64,000 bases of DNA. Source: Flavobacteriales bacterium UBA5422. GTDB taxonomy: Bacteria; Bacteroidota; Bacteroidia; Flavobacteriales_D; Crocinitomicaceae. The notes below the pieces were generated by a model, which had not been told where the DNA came from, did not search any database, and saw only the letters and a list, made by a program, of their open reading frames with translations. This document shows positions 39,843 through 48,886 of this stretch, piece by piece. The translations under genes were made by a program, and so were the position numbers. Position 1 is the stretch's first letter. Every line of letters starts with the position of its first letter. The stretch is taken from contig DHNG01000030.1 of assembly GCA_002409405.1 (NCBI GenBank), forward strand, positions 46,579 to 110,578. The letters run 5' to 3'.

Positions 39843-41096
39843 TTATTTATCCACTTCATTATCCCGGAATGCAGAAGGGATCAATGTGGGGAGTACTTTC
39901 AAGATCAACGGCAACAAAATCGCCCCTCCGGGAAGCATAAAGATCGCAAGTGCAGGCATGGATTTTACAATGTCCATAAATTGCATTTTAACTTTTTCCT
40001 TTTCTTCGGAAGTCAGCTCCTGCGTAGCAGATTTTTTGATCAGACCAACGAGCTCTTTGCTTTGAGAAAGTTCTACTGCCAGTTTATCTTTATTCCTAAG
40101 AATTACCTTTGTCCATCGGGAGGAAAGGCTTCCGTAAACTTTCTCGTATACATTTTTATTGCTCAGAAAACTGTTTTTAATATCGCTGTACAACAGGAAA
40201 TGTTCAATAATAGCCATGGATTCCTCCATGTCGTAATCTTCCAGTTCCAACTCCTGCGACAAGCCATTGATAAACTCCATTTCCGTCTCCTCAACTTCAT
40301 GATTTCCAAAGATGGTCAGCAACGATAAATCGAGTAAGAATCGGCAGAACAGTTTATCATTTTTCGGTAAATCTGTGAATGATGCATATCCTGCCCCATG
40401 CTTGAGGTGATACAATGCATTTTCTTTGTATTCTCCTTCCAGGTTAGCAGAAGAAAGGAATACATTGAACATTGATTGCTCTTTTTCGTCGACAAAACCG
40501 TCTGAACCGGCAGCCAGCAAAATGGCGATCAGGGAATTGTATGCATACTCTGAGTAACTTCTCAATGCTTCGTGATCATCGTCATTCAAAAAACGATCAA
40601 ACAAAATGACGTCCAGGTACACAAATACATTGCTCATGGTTTTAAACCACCAACGATTATCAAAAATTCCTTTGGAGACATCGATGCGTTTTGAAAAAAT
40701 ATTTTCCAACCGTGTAATCTTATCTTCTTTCACCCAAAAAAGTAGCCAGCTTTGAATACTTTTACTATTGTATTTTGAGTAATACGTATACAACGAGTCG
40801 ATAAAATCTTCCTTAAGGGTTGGCGGGGTTCCGTTTTTCTGAATGTAAACCAGCAAGAGTGTTTCAAACAACAAAAACTTTAGTTTTTCATCATCTGTCC
40901 ATCTGGAGCTGTCTTCCTTATTAAAAAATAAAAAACGGGATGCATACCCGAAAACAATTCCTGTTTTCCCACTCAACAAATGCAAATGATGCTGGGCGGT
41001 AATTCCGTTCATGTGTGCATAGTTCAGGGATACTTCCCCCTCTTCAATCAGAGAAAAGTACTTGTTTATCCATCCCTTAGAACCTGGTAACAACAT
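39843..41096 (-). CDS. LETM1-related protein with TerB-like region
   Basis: GWI.KY N-terminus, A..SDG.V...E TerB-like motif, C-terminal RN...L..EL.QSKELV.L..KS....L..EEKEKVK.Q..DI.K..PALAIFMLPGG.ILLP...K..P.LIPSAF. Confidence 0.8.
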   Translation of the reverse strand: MLLPGSKGWINKYFSLIEEGEVSLNYAHMNGITAQHHLHLLSGKTGIVFGYASRFLFFNKEDSSRWTDDEKLKFLLFETLLLVYIQKNGTPPTLKEDFIDSLYTYYSKYNSKSIQSWLLFWVKEDKITRLENIFSKRIDVSKGIFDNRWWFKTMSNVFVYLDVILFDRFLNDDDHEALRSYSEYAYNSLIAILLAAGSDGFVDEKEQSMFNVFLSSANLEGEYKENALYHLKHGAGYASFTDLPKNDKLFCRFLLDLSLLTIFGNHEVEETEMEFINGLSQELELEDYDMEESMAIIEHFLLYSDIKNSFLSNKNVYEKVYGSLSSRWTKVILRNKDKLAVELSQSKELVGLIKKSATQELTSEEKEKVKMQFMDIVKSMPALAIFMLPGGAILLPLILKVLPTLIPSAFRDNEVDK

Positions 41097-41153
41097 GTAT
41101 TTCTAACTTTTTCTGCTGCAAATTTAGGACTTAATTTACAGCTACACTATCTA

Positions 41154-41798
41154 TTATCGCTTTTTCGGCAAAATATCTTCCGTTGTCCCAAAGTAGTTAT
41201 CCATTACTTCCAGAATAGATTCATAGGTATTTAAACGAATTTTATCCAGCTTGGATTTTTTAAACCATTTTACCTTGGTAATTCCTTCTTCTTCCTGTGG
41301 AACTAACTCCTCATTCCCGCCATAAGTCATACCATACCACATCGTTTTTTTCAGTGTCAATTTATTTTTTCCTTTGTAATTATCCCGGTACGTATGATAG
41401 GTTTCACAAATAAACTGTTCGATCTCCGGGTTGGAAATTCCACACTCTTCTTCTATTTCCCGAATTGCTCCTGCTTGCGGATCTTCTGCTTTGGTTAACT
41501 TTCCCTTCGGAATATCCCACTTTCCAAACCGTTTAATAAACAAAAATTCTTCTCCCTTTCTGACGATTCCACCAGCTGCATAAATCATGGCGTATTTTGC
41601 AAACAAACGCTTAAATTCTGCTCCCGGATCCGTTGTCAGTAAAACAATAGGCGTCTTTGGAGAGTTTTTTTCAAACAATGGGAATACCTCTTTTTCGATG
41701 GATTGAATGTTTTCAGCAAACAACAGTCTGCTGTCAAATGCGAAGGTGTTTTTTTCGCAAATAATTATCGGTCTATTTTCAACAAAAACTTTGTACAT
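41154..41798 (-). CDS. NUDIX hydrolase
   Basis: MYKVFV start; AAGG, GKWDIPKGKL......GAIREIEEECGI Nudix box. Confidence 0.9.
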   Translation of the reverse strand: MYKVFVENRPIIICEKNTFAFDSRLLFAENIQSIEKEVFPLFEKNSPKTPIVLLTTDPGAEFKRLFAKYAMIYAAGGIVRKGEEFLFIKRFGKWDIPKGKLTKAEDPQAGAIREIEEECGISNPEIEQFICETYHTYRDNYKGKNKLTLKKTMWYGMTYGGNEELVPQEEEGITKVKWFKKSKLDKIRLNTYESILEVMDNYFGTTEDILPKKR

Positions 41799-41805
41799 TT
41801 GTCGC

Positions 41806-42447
41806 ATGATTTTGAATAACGATAGGGCTGTAAAAGTAGCAGAATTTTTGTTACAAATCAAAGCTGTAAAGCTCCAGCCAAAAAATCCTTTTACATGGGC
41901 TTCCGGGTGGAAGTCTCCCATCTATTGTGACAATCGAGTAACACTCTCTTATCCAAATATTCGTACATTCATCCGCCAAAATTACAGCGAGTTGATTCTG
42001 GATCATTTCGGAAAGCCGGATGTAATTGCCGGAGTTGCTACCGGTGGTATTGCCCAAGGGGCATTGGTTGCTGAAGAACTTGGATTACCGTTTATCTATG
42101 TTCGGAGTTCTCCGAAAGGACATGGAATGGGTAATCAGATTGAGGGACACTTTGAAGAAGGGCAAAAAGTAATTGTAATTGAAGACCTGATTTCTACAGG
42201 GGGAAGCAGTTTAAAAGCTGTTGATGCGTTGCGTGATGCCAATCTTGATGTAAAAGGGCTTGTTGCTATTTTTACATACGGATTTGAAGTTGCTGAAACC
42301 AATTTCAAAGAAGCTAAATGTCCTTTTGTGACGCTGACCAATTATGACGTGTTGCTTGAGAAGGCATTACATGATACGTATATTTCAAAAGATGATGTCG
42401 AATCACTGAAGGAGTGGAAAATCAATCCTTCTCAATGGATGCAGTAA
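41806..42447 (+). CDS. pyrE: Orotate phosphoribosyltransferase
   Basis: FTWASGWKSPIYCDNR, GVATGG, VIEDLISTGGS PRPP-binding loop. Confidence 0.97.
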   Translation: MILNNDRAVKVAEFLLQIKAVKLQPKNPFTWASGWKSPIYCDNRVTLSYPNIRTFIRQNYSELILDHFGKPDVIAGVATGGIAQGALVAEELGLPFIYVRSSPKGHGMGNQIEGHFEEGQKVIVIEDLISTGGSSLKAVDALRDANLDVKGLVAIFTYGFEVAETNFKEAKCPFVTLTNYDVLLEKALHDTYISKDDVESLKEWKINPSQWMQ

Positions 42448-42448
42448 T

Positions 42449-42847
42449 ATGAAAATAGAAAGTACAAAGGTAGATGTGAATGCAACTCCATCGGTCATTT
42501 ATAACTTCCTGAAAGATGCCAATAATCTGATTCATTTGTTGCCAAAGGATAATGTTTCCGATTTCAAGGCAACTGAGTCAGAATGTTCATTCAAAGTGCA
42601 GGGTGGTGTTACCATCACACTCGTACAAAACGGTGGGGAAGAACCAACTAAATTGTTCCTGAAATCCGGAGAAAAATCTCCGTTTCCTTTTAATCTGACA
42701 ATACACATTGACCAGATCGGTGAACAATCAAACGGCTTCATTGCATTTGACGGAGAAGTAAACATGTTTTTAAAAATGATGGTTGAAAAACCGCTGACGA
42801 ACTTGTTCAATTACATGTCCAATAAATTGCAGCAGCACTTTGCATAA
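42449..42847 (+). CDS. SRPBCC/START-like protein
   Basis: 132 aa, IYNFL.D.NN...LLP N-terminus, directly after pyrE. Confidence 0.7.
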   Translation: MKIESTKVDVNATPSVIYNFLKDANNLIHLLPKDNVSDFKATESECSFKVQGGVTITLVQNGGEEPTKLFLKSGEKSPFPFNLTIHIDQIGEQSNGFIAFDGEVNMFLKMMVEKPLTNLFNYMSNKLQQHFA

Positions 42848-42850
42848 GCA

Positions 42851-43270
42851 ATGAATTTTCTTCCTTCCATTTTTGTTACCGTCGATGTACTACTTGTTCG
42901 AACGGTTAACGGAAACCGGGAAATCTTACTCATTGAGCGACTGAAAGAGCCGTTTAAAAATTGCTGGGCGCTGCCCGGTGGTTTTGTCGATCCGGGTGAA
43001 GACCTGGAAGATGCGGCTAAACGGGAGTTACTGGAGGAAACATCTATTCATATTAAATCCCTCACACAATTCAAAGCATATGGGAAGCCGGGACGTGATC
43101 CGAGAGGACATACCGTATCAATTGTCTTTTTCGGAACGGTAGACGAAACGATTCTTGCAAAAGCGCAGGACGATGCCAAGTCTGTGCAATGGTTTCCGCA
43201 AAATGATTTACCCCCACTGGCATTTGATCACCAGCTTATTATTGCAGAAGCAATTAAAAATGCTCTTTAG
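42851..43270 (+). CDS. NUDIX hydrolase (NrtR-type Nudix domain without wHTH)
   Basis: WALPGGFV..GE.LE.AAKRELLEET, RDPRG, DDA, LAFDH. Confidence 0.9.
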   Translation: MNFLPSIFVTVDVLLVRTVNGNREILLIERLKEPFKNCWALPGGFVDPGEDLEDAAKRELLEETSIHIKSLTQFKAYGKPGRDPRGHTVSIVFFGTVDETILAKAQDDAKSVQWFPQNDLPPLAFDHQLIIAEAIKNAL

Positions 43271-43292
43271 AATTCATCCAAAGGGCATTTTA
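43257..43292. terminator. Bidirectional terminator between convergent genes
   Basis: AAAATGCTCTTT-agaattcatcc-AAAGGGCATTTT. Confidence 0.6.
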
Positions 43293-43312
43293 TTTTGTAA
43301 TTATTTCTGATC

Positions 43313-44011
43313 TTATTTTGATTCAATGTATTTCAACAAATTGTTGTAATTCGAACTAAACGAGAAGGTATCTTTCAGCAAAAAATAGTTGGATTTGTCA
43401 AAACAATAATCATATGCATATTTTGCAAATTCAAGCCGGTTGCTGTCAAATGAAAGTTGTCTGCTGATTTGTGCAATCTGCTCTGCCGAAAGGGTATTCG
43501 ATTTTACAAAACTTTTCGCCATTGTCAATTTATTCCCGTCGATCGATTCATTTTTCAGAGACGTTATGAATTTTTGAAAAACTTCCGCATTTCCGGCCTG
43601 ATTCCCCGGATACGGATTCGTCGGATTGGGGTATGGATTATTCGGATATGGATTGGTTGGATACCCATCAGTAGCTGCAATAGTCGTGTACCAGTTCAAC
43701 TCCTGGATTTGTACCCGCTGAATAATCGTCAATTGCCCGAATCCATCAATCTGAGCAACAATCCGCTCATTGTTTTTCAGCGACAAACTTCCATTGTATA
43801 AAATGGCGTTTGTCATCCTGTTAAACACCTGTATAGTTACAATTCCTCCCGGAAGATCGGAAAATTTGAACGTGTTATTTGCATTGTAATGTGTCTGGTT
43901 ATAAACGGAAGCAAAATATTCTCCTGCAGCATTGACACGCACATACAACTCAGAAGCACTTCCTGAAAATTGGAGTGCAACCGCGATTAGGAATGTAAAA
44001 ATGATTTTCAT
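43313..44011 (-). CDS. DUF4476-like exported protein (paralog 2)
   Basis: Collinear with 4353..5099 (ASEL.VR.NA.GEY, NERI..Q..GFG.L.I.QR..IQE.NWYTT, NPYP linker, FD.NRL.FAK.AY..C.DKSNYFLLKDTF.FSSNYNNLL). Confidence 0.8.
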   Translation of the reverse strand: MKIIFTFLIAVALQFSGSASELYVRVNAAGEYFASVYNQTHYNANNTFKFSDLPGGIVTIQVFNRMTNAILYNGSLSLKNNERIVAQIDGFGQLTIIQRVQIQELNWYTTIAATDGYPTNPYPNNPYPNPTNPYPGNQAGNAEVFQKFITSLKNESIDGNKLTMAKSFVKSNTLSAEQIAQISRQLSFDSNRLEFAKYAYDYCFDKSNYFLLKDTFSFSSNYNNLLKYIESK

Positions 44012-44134
44012 GATCTGTTCATTTATCGTTTAAATTGGCAACAAATATACAATCTAAAAATAATGCCAACATTCGTTTCCGGTTCCTTAACATACGATCT
44101 GATGGATAATCCTTATTTTTGCACAAAAAAGTAG

Positions 44135-44797
44135 ATGGTTTCCCTGGAAAAATACGATGCGGTGATCTTTGATATGGATGGTGTTCTCATTGATTCCGAA
44201 CCTTTGTGGAAAATTGCAATGGAACAAACCTTTCAGGAAGTCGGGTGCAGTCTGGTTAAACAGGACTTTCAAAAAACATCCGGAATGCGGATCGATGAAG
44301 TTGTTGCATACTGGTACAATCACGTTGGATGGGAGGGAACAACACAAAAAGAAGTGGAAAATCGCATTATCCAACGAATGATTGCATTAATTGAGGAAAA
44401 CGGAAAACCACTGACCGGCGTAGTCGAAACACTGAATTTTTTAAAACATTCGGATAAACGAATCGGTTTGGCAACGTCTTCTTACGCTATCCTGATGGCA
44501 GCAGTGTTGCGAACATTGAACCTGGAAGATGCATTTCATTTTGTACATTCTGCCGAACATGAGCACTATGGAAAACCGCATCCTGCTGTTTACCTGACAG
44601 TGGCAGATAAATTGGGTGTACATCCGGTAAAATGTCTGGTGATTGAAGATTCACTGAATGGTATTATCGCCGGAAAAGCGGCAAAAATGAGCGTCGTCTG
44701 TATCCCGGAAAAGACCCATCACCCGGAACCGAAATTAATTGTTGCAGATTACCGCTACGAATCCATGATGGAATTTTTCCTGGAAATCAGCCATTGA
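44135..44797 (+). CDS. HAD-family sugar/hexitol phosphatase (HxpB/YniC-like)
   Basis: IFDMDGVLIDSEPLW, ATSS, GKPHPAVY, IEDS.NG. Confidence 0.88.
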   Translation: MVSLEKYDAVIFDMDGVLIDSEPLWKIAMEQTFQEVGCSLVKQDFQKTSGMRIDEVVAYWYNHVGWEGTTQKEVENRIIQRMIALIEENGKPLTGVVETLNFLKHSDKRIGLATSSYAILMAAVLRTLNLEDAFHFVHSAEHEHYGKPHPAVYLTVADKLGVHPVKCLVIEDSLNGIIAGKAAKMSVVCIPEKTHHPEPKLIVADYRYESMMEFFLEISH

Positions 44798-46076
44798 GTA
44801 TCCCTCTCTTCTTTTTTCTTAGCGAGAAAATGAATATCCCGTTAAGCAGCAAACTCAATCCGAAGAGTGTATACTTAAGAATTCTTTCAAAATTAACTTG
44901 AGGGCTTTTGGGTTTTGTTTTTGTTTTTAGTTCTGTCAGTGTGCCGTTCATATCAATGTTCATCAATTCGGGAGCATAACAGCGTTCATTGTTCCCTATT
45001 CCCAACTGACCGGAAGGGTTATCACCAAACGTAAATATTTTCCCGGAAAGATCCACAGCAATTGATTGAAAGCATCCTCCGCCGATATCAACAATATTCT
45101 TCAGCGCCGGAATTTTCACCGGAAGCGACCTGCTGATGGTGTCATTAAGTCCCAACATTCCATAGTGATTCTTCCCCCATCCCCACACTTCGTTGTTTTC
45201 ATCAATCGCCAGTGAATGCCAGCTTCCGCATGCTATTTTTTTGAATTTCGGATAATTTTCTAATTTCACAGGAGCTTCATAGTATTTTTCGGTTCTTTCT
45301 CCATATTGAAATGCCGGATTTGACCCCCAAATCCAGACCACTCCGTTACTGTCCAGACCAACAGAATGATGCCAGCCAACGGCAATTTCTTTCATTCCCG
45401 GCAGTCCCTTGATCCGTTGTGCATAGGGTTGATTTTCTTCTTTTCCATCTCCGATTTCACGAAAAGTATTTGTTCCCCATCCCCAAACAGAACCATCTCG
45501 TTTCAGCGCCAGTGCATGGCAACCAACCGAAGCGATTTTAACCACTGATCGCAATTCTGAAATGCTTTTTTCCTCTTTTTGCAAGACATGTGCCGGATAC
45601 TGCGTATGCTCCCTGTTTCCGATGCCCAGTTCACCATAAAAATTATGTCCCCACGACCAGACACTTCCATCTTTTTTTAAGGCTATTGTATGCCAATATC
45701 CTCCTTCCGCTGCTGTAAAATCTGTATGATTTGGTAATTTATATGGTTGAAGTTGGTCACTAAGTAAATTTTCTCCGAGTTGTCCGTAATTATTTCGTCC
45801 CCAAAGATACATATCACCGTTTTTATCAATTGCGATACTGTGATCGTATCCTCTTGAAATTACCCGGATATCGGAAAGCTTTTTTACTTTCTTTGGTGTA
45901 GAAGAATTGGTCAGGGAACTATCTCCAAGTTGTCCGTAATTATTTCTCCCGATCGCCCATACATCTCCGTTTTTGTCAAGAATAAGTGCATGTCCGTTGC
46001 CGCCGTCTATTTGTTGAGAATAACTTGTTGTCAAATATCCGACACACAAGGTAAGTGTAAGTATTGTCTTCGTCAT
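44787..46076 (-). CDS. RCC1-repeat beta-propeller protein with C-terminal TM anchor
   Basis: Seven H..A...G.VW.WG.N.YG.LG repeats, signal peptide ending YS-QQ, C-terminal TM plus RKKKR. Confidence 0.9.
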   Translation of the reverse strand: MTKTILTLTLCVGYLTTSYSQQIDGGNGHALILDKNGDVWAIGRNNYGQLGDSSLTNSSTPKKVKKLSDIRVISRGYDHSIAIDKNGDMYLWGRNNYGQLGENLLSDQLQPYKLPNHTDFTAAEGGYWHTIALKKDGSVWSWGHNFYGELGIGNREHTQYPAHVLQKEEKSISELRSVVKIASVGCHALALKRDGSVWGWGTNTFREIGDGKEENQPYAQRIKGLPGMKEIAVGWHHSVGLDSNGVVWIWGSNPAFQYGERTEKYYEAPVKLENYPKFKKIACGSWHSLAIDENNEVWGWGKNHYGMLGLNDTISRSLPVKIPALKNIVDIGGGCFQSIAVDLSGKIFTFGDNPSGQLGIGNNERCYAPELMNIDMNGTLTELKTKTKPKSPQVNFERILKYTLFGLSLLLNGIFIFSLRKKKRGILNG

Positions 46077-46188
46077 GCATTTCTTTTTGCATCTCAAAGA
46101 TACATAAGAGATATCATAAAACAATTTTTTTAAACCAAAGTAACTTTGTAACTTTGCATCAGAAAAATTTGAAATAAAGAAATTGAAT

Positions 46189-47502
46189 ATGAGTAATACA
46201 ACAGAAAAATTGGCTTACAAAGTAAAAGACATCAGCCTTGCTGAATGGGGAAGAAAAGAAATCAGACTGGCTGAAGCAGAAATGCCGGGGTTAATGTCAT
46301 TGAGAGCAGAGTATGGCGCATCTAAGCCACTGGCAGGTGCTCGTATCGCAGGATGTTTGCACATGACTATTCAAACTGCTGTATTAATTGAGACATTGGT
46401 TGAATTGGGTGCAGAAGTTACCTGGTCTTCTTGTAACATTTTCTCTACGCAAGATCATGCTGCTGCTGCAATCGCTGCTGCAGGAATTCCGGTTTTCGCA
46501 TGGAAAGGAATGAATGAGCAGGAATTTGACTGGTGTATTGAGCAAACATTGTTTGCCTTTGAAGGTGGTCAGCCGTTGAACATGATCCTGGATGACGGAG
46601 GAGATTTGACAAACATGGTTTTTGATCGTTTCCCTGAATTGACAAAAGACATCAAAGGTCTTTCTGAAGAAACAACAACAGGTGTTCACCGTTTGTATGA
46701 GCGCGTGAAAAACGGAACATTGGTGATGCCTGCAATTAACGTAAACGACTCTGTTACGAAATCGAAATTTGACAACAAGTACGGATGTAAAGAATCATTG
46801 GTTGATTCTATTCGCCGTGCAACAGATGTGATGTTGGCAGGAAAAGTAGCTGTTGTTTGTGGATACGGTGATGTTGGTAAAGGTTCTGCTGCTTCATTGA
46901 AAGGAGCCGGAGCTCGTGTGATTGTTACAGAAATCGATCCGATCTGTGCTTTACAAGCTGCCATGGACGGATTTGAAGTAAGAAAACTGGATTCTGTTGT
47001 TCACAATGTAGACATCGTTGTGACAACAACAGGAAACAAGGACATCGTTGTCGGACGTCATTTTGAGAAAATGAAAGACAAAACGATCGTTTGTAACATC
47101 GGACACTTCGACAATGAAATCGATATGGCTTGGTTGAACAAAACGCATGGAGCTACAAAAATTGAAGTGAAACCACAGGTTGACATTTACAACGTAAACG
47201 GAAAAGAGGTTATCATTTTGGCTGAAGGTCGTTTGGTGAACTTAGGTTGTGCAACAGGACACCCTTCTTTTGTTATGTCTAACTCATTTACGAACCAAAC
47301 ATTGGCGCAATTGGAGTTGTGGACAAACGCAGCTGCATACGGAAATGATGTGTACATGTTGCCGAAGCACCTGGATGAAAAAGTTGCAAAACTGCACCTT
47401 GCGAAAATCGGTGTTGAATTGGAAACGTTGTCTGAAGATCAGGCAAACTACATTGGTGTAAACGTAGAAGGTCCGTACAAGGCTGAACACTACAGATATT
47501 AA
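46189..47502 (+). CDS. ahcY: Adenosylhomocysteinase
   Basis: [66 protein letters not shown]. Confidence 0.98.
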   Translation: MSNTTEKLAYKVKDISLAEWGRKEIRLAEAEMPGLMSLRAEYGASKPLAGARIAGCLHMTIQTAVLIETLVELGAEVTWSSCNIFSTQDHAAAAIAAAGIPVFAWKGMNEQEFDWCIEQTLFAFEGGQPLNMILDDGGDLTNMVFDRFPELTKDIKGLSEETTTGVHRLYERVKNGTLVMPAINVNDSVTKSKFDNKYGCKESLVDSIRRATDVMLAGKVAVVCGYGDVGKGSAASLKGAGARVIVTEIDPICALQAAMDGFEVRKLDSVVHNVDIVVTTTGNKDIVVGRHFEKMKDKTIVCNIGHFDNEIDMAWLNKTHGATKIEVKPQVDIYNVNGKEVIILAEGRLVNLGCATGHPSFVMSNSFTNQTLAQLELWTNAAAYGNDVYMLPKHLDEKVAKLHLAKIGVELETLSEDQANYIGVNVEGPYKAEHYRY

Positions 47503-47524
47503 TCAATAACATTTCGTTGATTAG

Positions 47525-47553
47525 AAAAGGAGGGCAATTGTCCTCCTTTTTTC
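47525..47553 (+). terminator. Intrinsic terminator of ahcY
   Basis: AAAAGGAGGGC-aatt-GTCCTCCTTTTTT. Confidence 0.8.
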
Positions 47554-47687
47554 ATTTTGTGCTGATTCTTATAAACACCTACTATCTCTCCAAAAGGACT
47601 TCCTGCAAGTTATACATTTGATTGATTGCTGTTGGCAGGACTTTATAATCTACAGGGAAATCAATTGTACTTGTTCCAGTGGAAAAT

Positions 47688-47714
47688 AAAAAAGGAGCTT
47701 GAAAACAAGCTCCC
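47688..47714 (-). terminator. Intrinsic terminator
   Basis: A-tract-GGAGCTTG-aaaa-CAAGCTCC downstream of the 47742..48104 gene. Confidence 0.7.
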
Positions 47715-47741
47715 TCATCACCATTTGTATGTGAAAGTTAA

Positions 47742-48104
47742 TTACTTCAAATATTTTTCAAAGACCAGGTCGCGGTTAATTGTTTCGTTTCCAACTGTAA
47801 CGTTCTGAACTTCGCATCCTGCAAGAAAACGTACAATAATAGCACGTGAACGCTCATTATTTTCCACCATGTTAATGGTCGCAACTTTACTCTTTTCATC
47901 AAAGTCAACCGTAAAATAAAGTGTGTAATACTTTGCTTTACTTTGAACTTCTTCTTTGGTTAATCTCTCTGGTAACGTAATGTGTCCTTTTCCTGTTTCC
48001 TTGATTGAAGTCAAGTCAGAAGGTGCTTTAACAAATGCTGTGTTTTGTCCAAAAGCAAAAGTGAAAGCAAAAACGATCAAGAGAGTTGAAACTATTGTTT
48101 TCAT
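47742..48104 (-). CDS. Small exported hypothetical protein
   Basis: 120 aa, signal peptide ending FG-Q, own terminator. Confidence 0.75.
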   Translation of the reverse strand: MKTIVSTLLIVFAFTFAFGQNTAFVKAPSDLTSIKETGKGHITLPERLTKEEVQSKAKYYTLYFTVDFDEKSKVATINMVENNERSRAIIVRFLAGCEVQNVTVGNETINRDLVFEKYLK

Positions 48105-48198
48105 TTTCTATGTGTTTTATTTTTAAGACGCTTTTGTGCATCCAAAAGTTGTACCAATATACAACAATAAATTATATTAGCATAAAAATTTGCCCGAA

Positions 48199-48804
48199 AT
48201 GTCGTTACAAATTTGCCATACAAAAGGAATTATTGAAGCAGGATGCGATGAGGCAGGAAGGGGGTGTCTGGCCGGTCCGGTTGTTGCTGCTGCGGTGATT
48301 CTACCGGAAGATTTTTCGCATGCGCTCCTGAATGATTCGAAGAAAATGACAGATAAACAACGGTATGCATTGCGCCCTATTATTGAGGAACAAGCAATTG
48401 CCTGGGCTGTTGGAATTATTGACAATACGGAAATAGACGAGATCAATATTCTCAAGGCGAGTTTTAAAGCCATGCACAAAGCTGTCGATCAGCTAAAAAT
48501 CAGACCGGAACAATTACTTATTGACGGAAATCGGTTTATTCCCTATCCGGAGATTCCCCATTTGTGTATGATCAAAGGAGACGGAAGGTTCATGAACATT
48601 GCAGCCGCTTCTGTTCTCGCAAAAACATACCGGGACGATCTGATGAATGAACTACATGAACAGTTCCCGTTTTATGGATGGGATAAGAACAAAGGTTATC
48701 CGACCAAAGCACACCGAAGCGGGATCGAACAGCATGGTGTTACTCCTTTCCACCGGATGAGTTTTACACCCCTTACCCCTACGCAGTTAAATTTATTTGA
48801 ATAA
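48199..48804 (+). CDS. rnhB: Ribonuclease HII
   Basis: [42 protein letters not shown]. Confidence 0.97.
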   Translation: MSLQICHTKGIIEAGCDEAGRGCLAGPVVAAAVILPEDFSHALLNDSKKMTDKQRYALRPIIEEQAIAWAVGIIDNTEIDEINILKASFKAMHKAVDQLKIRPEQLLIDGNRFIPYPEIPHLCMIKGDGRFMNIAAASVLAKTYRDDLMNELHEQFPFYGWDKNKGYPTKAHRSGIEQHGVTPFHRMSFTPLTPTQLNLFE

Positions 48805-48886
48805 TTGCAGCCCTCTAACAATCGCCTGTTGATTTCTTTGAGAACAGGGATGCATGCGGGGGATAAATTCCGATAACTTTGAGGAC

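Noticed and set aside
46077-46188. SAH or SAM riboswitch upstream of ahcY
   Set aside because: The spacer is short and AT-rich, with a TAACTTTG box about 30 nt from the start, leaving no room for an aptamer.
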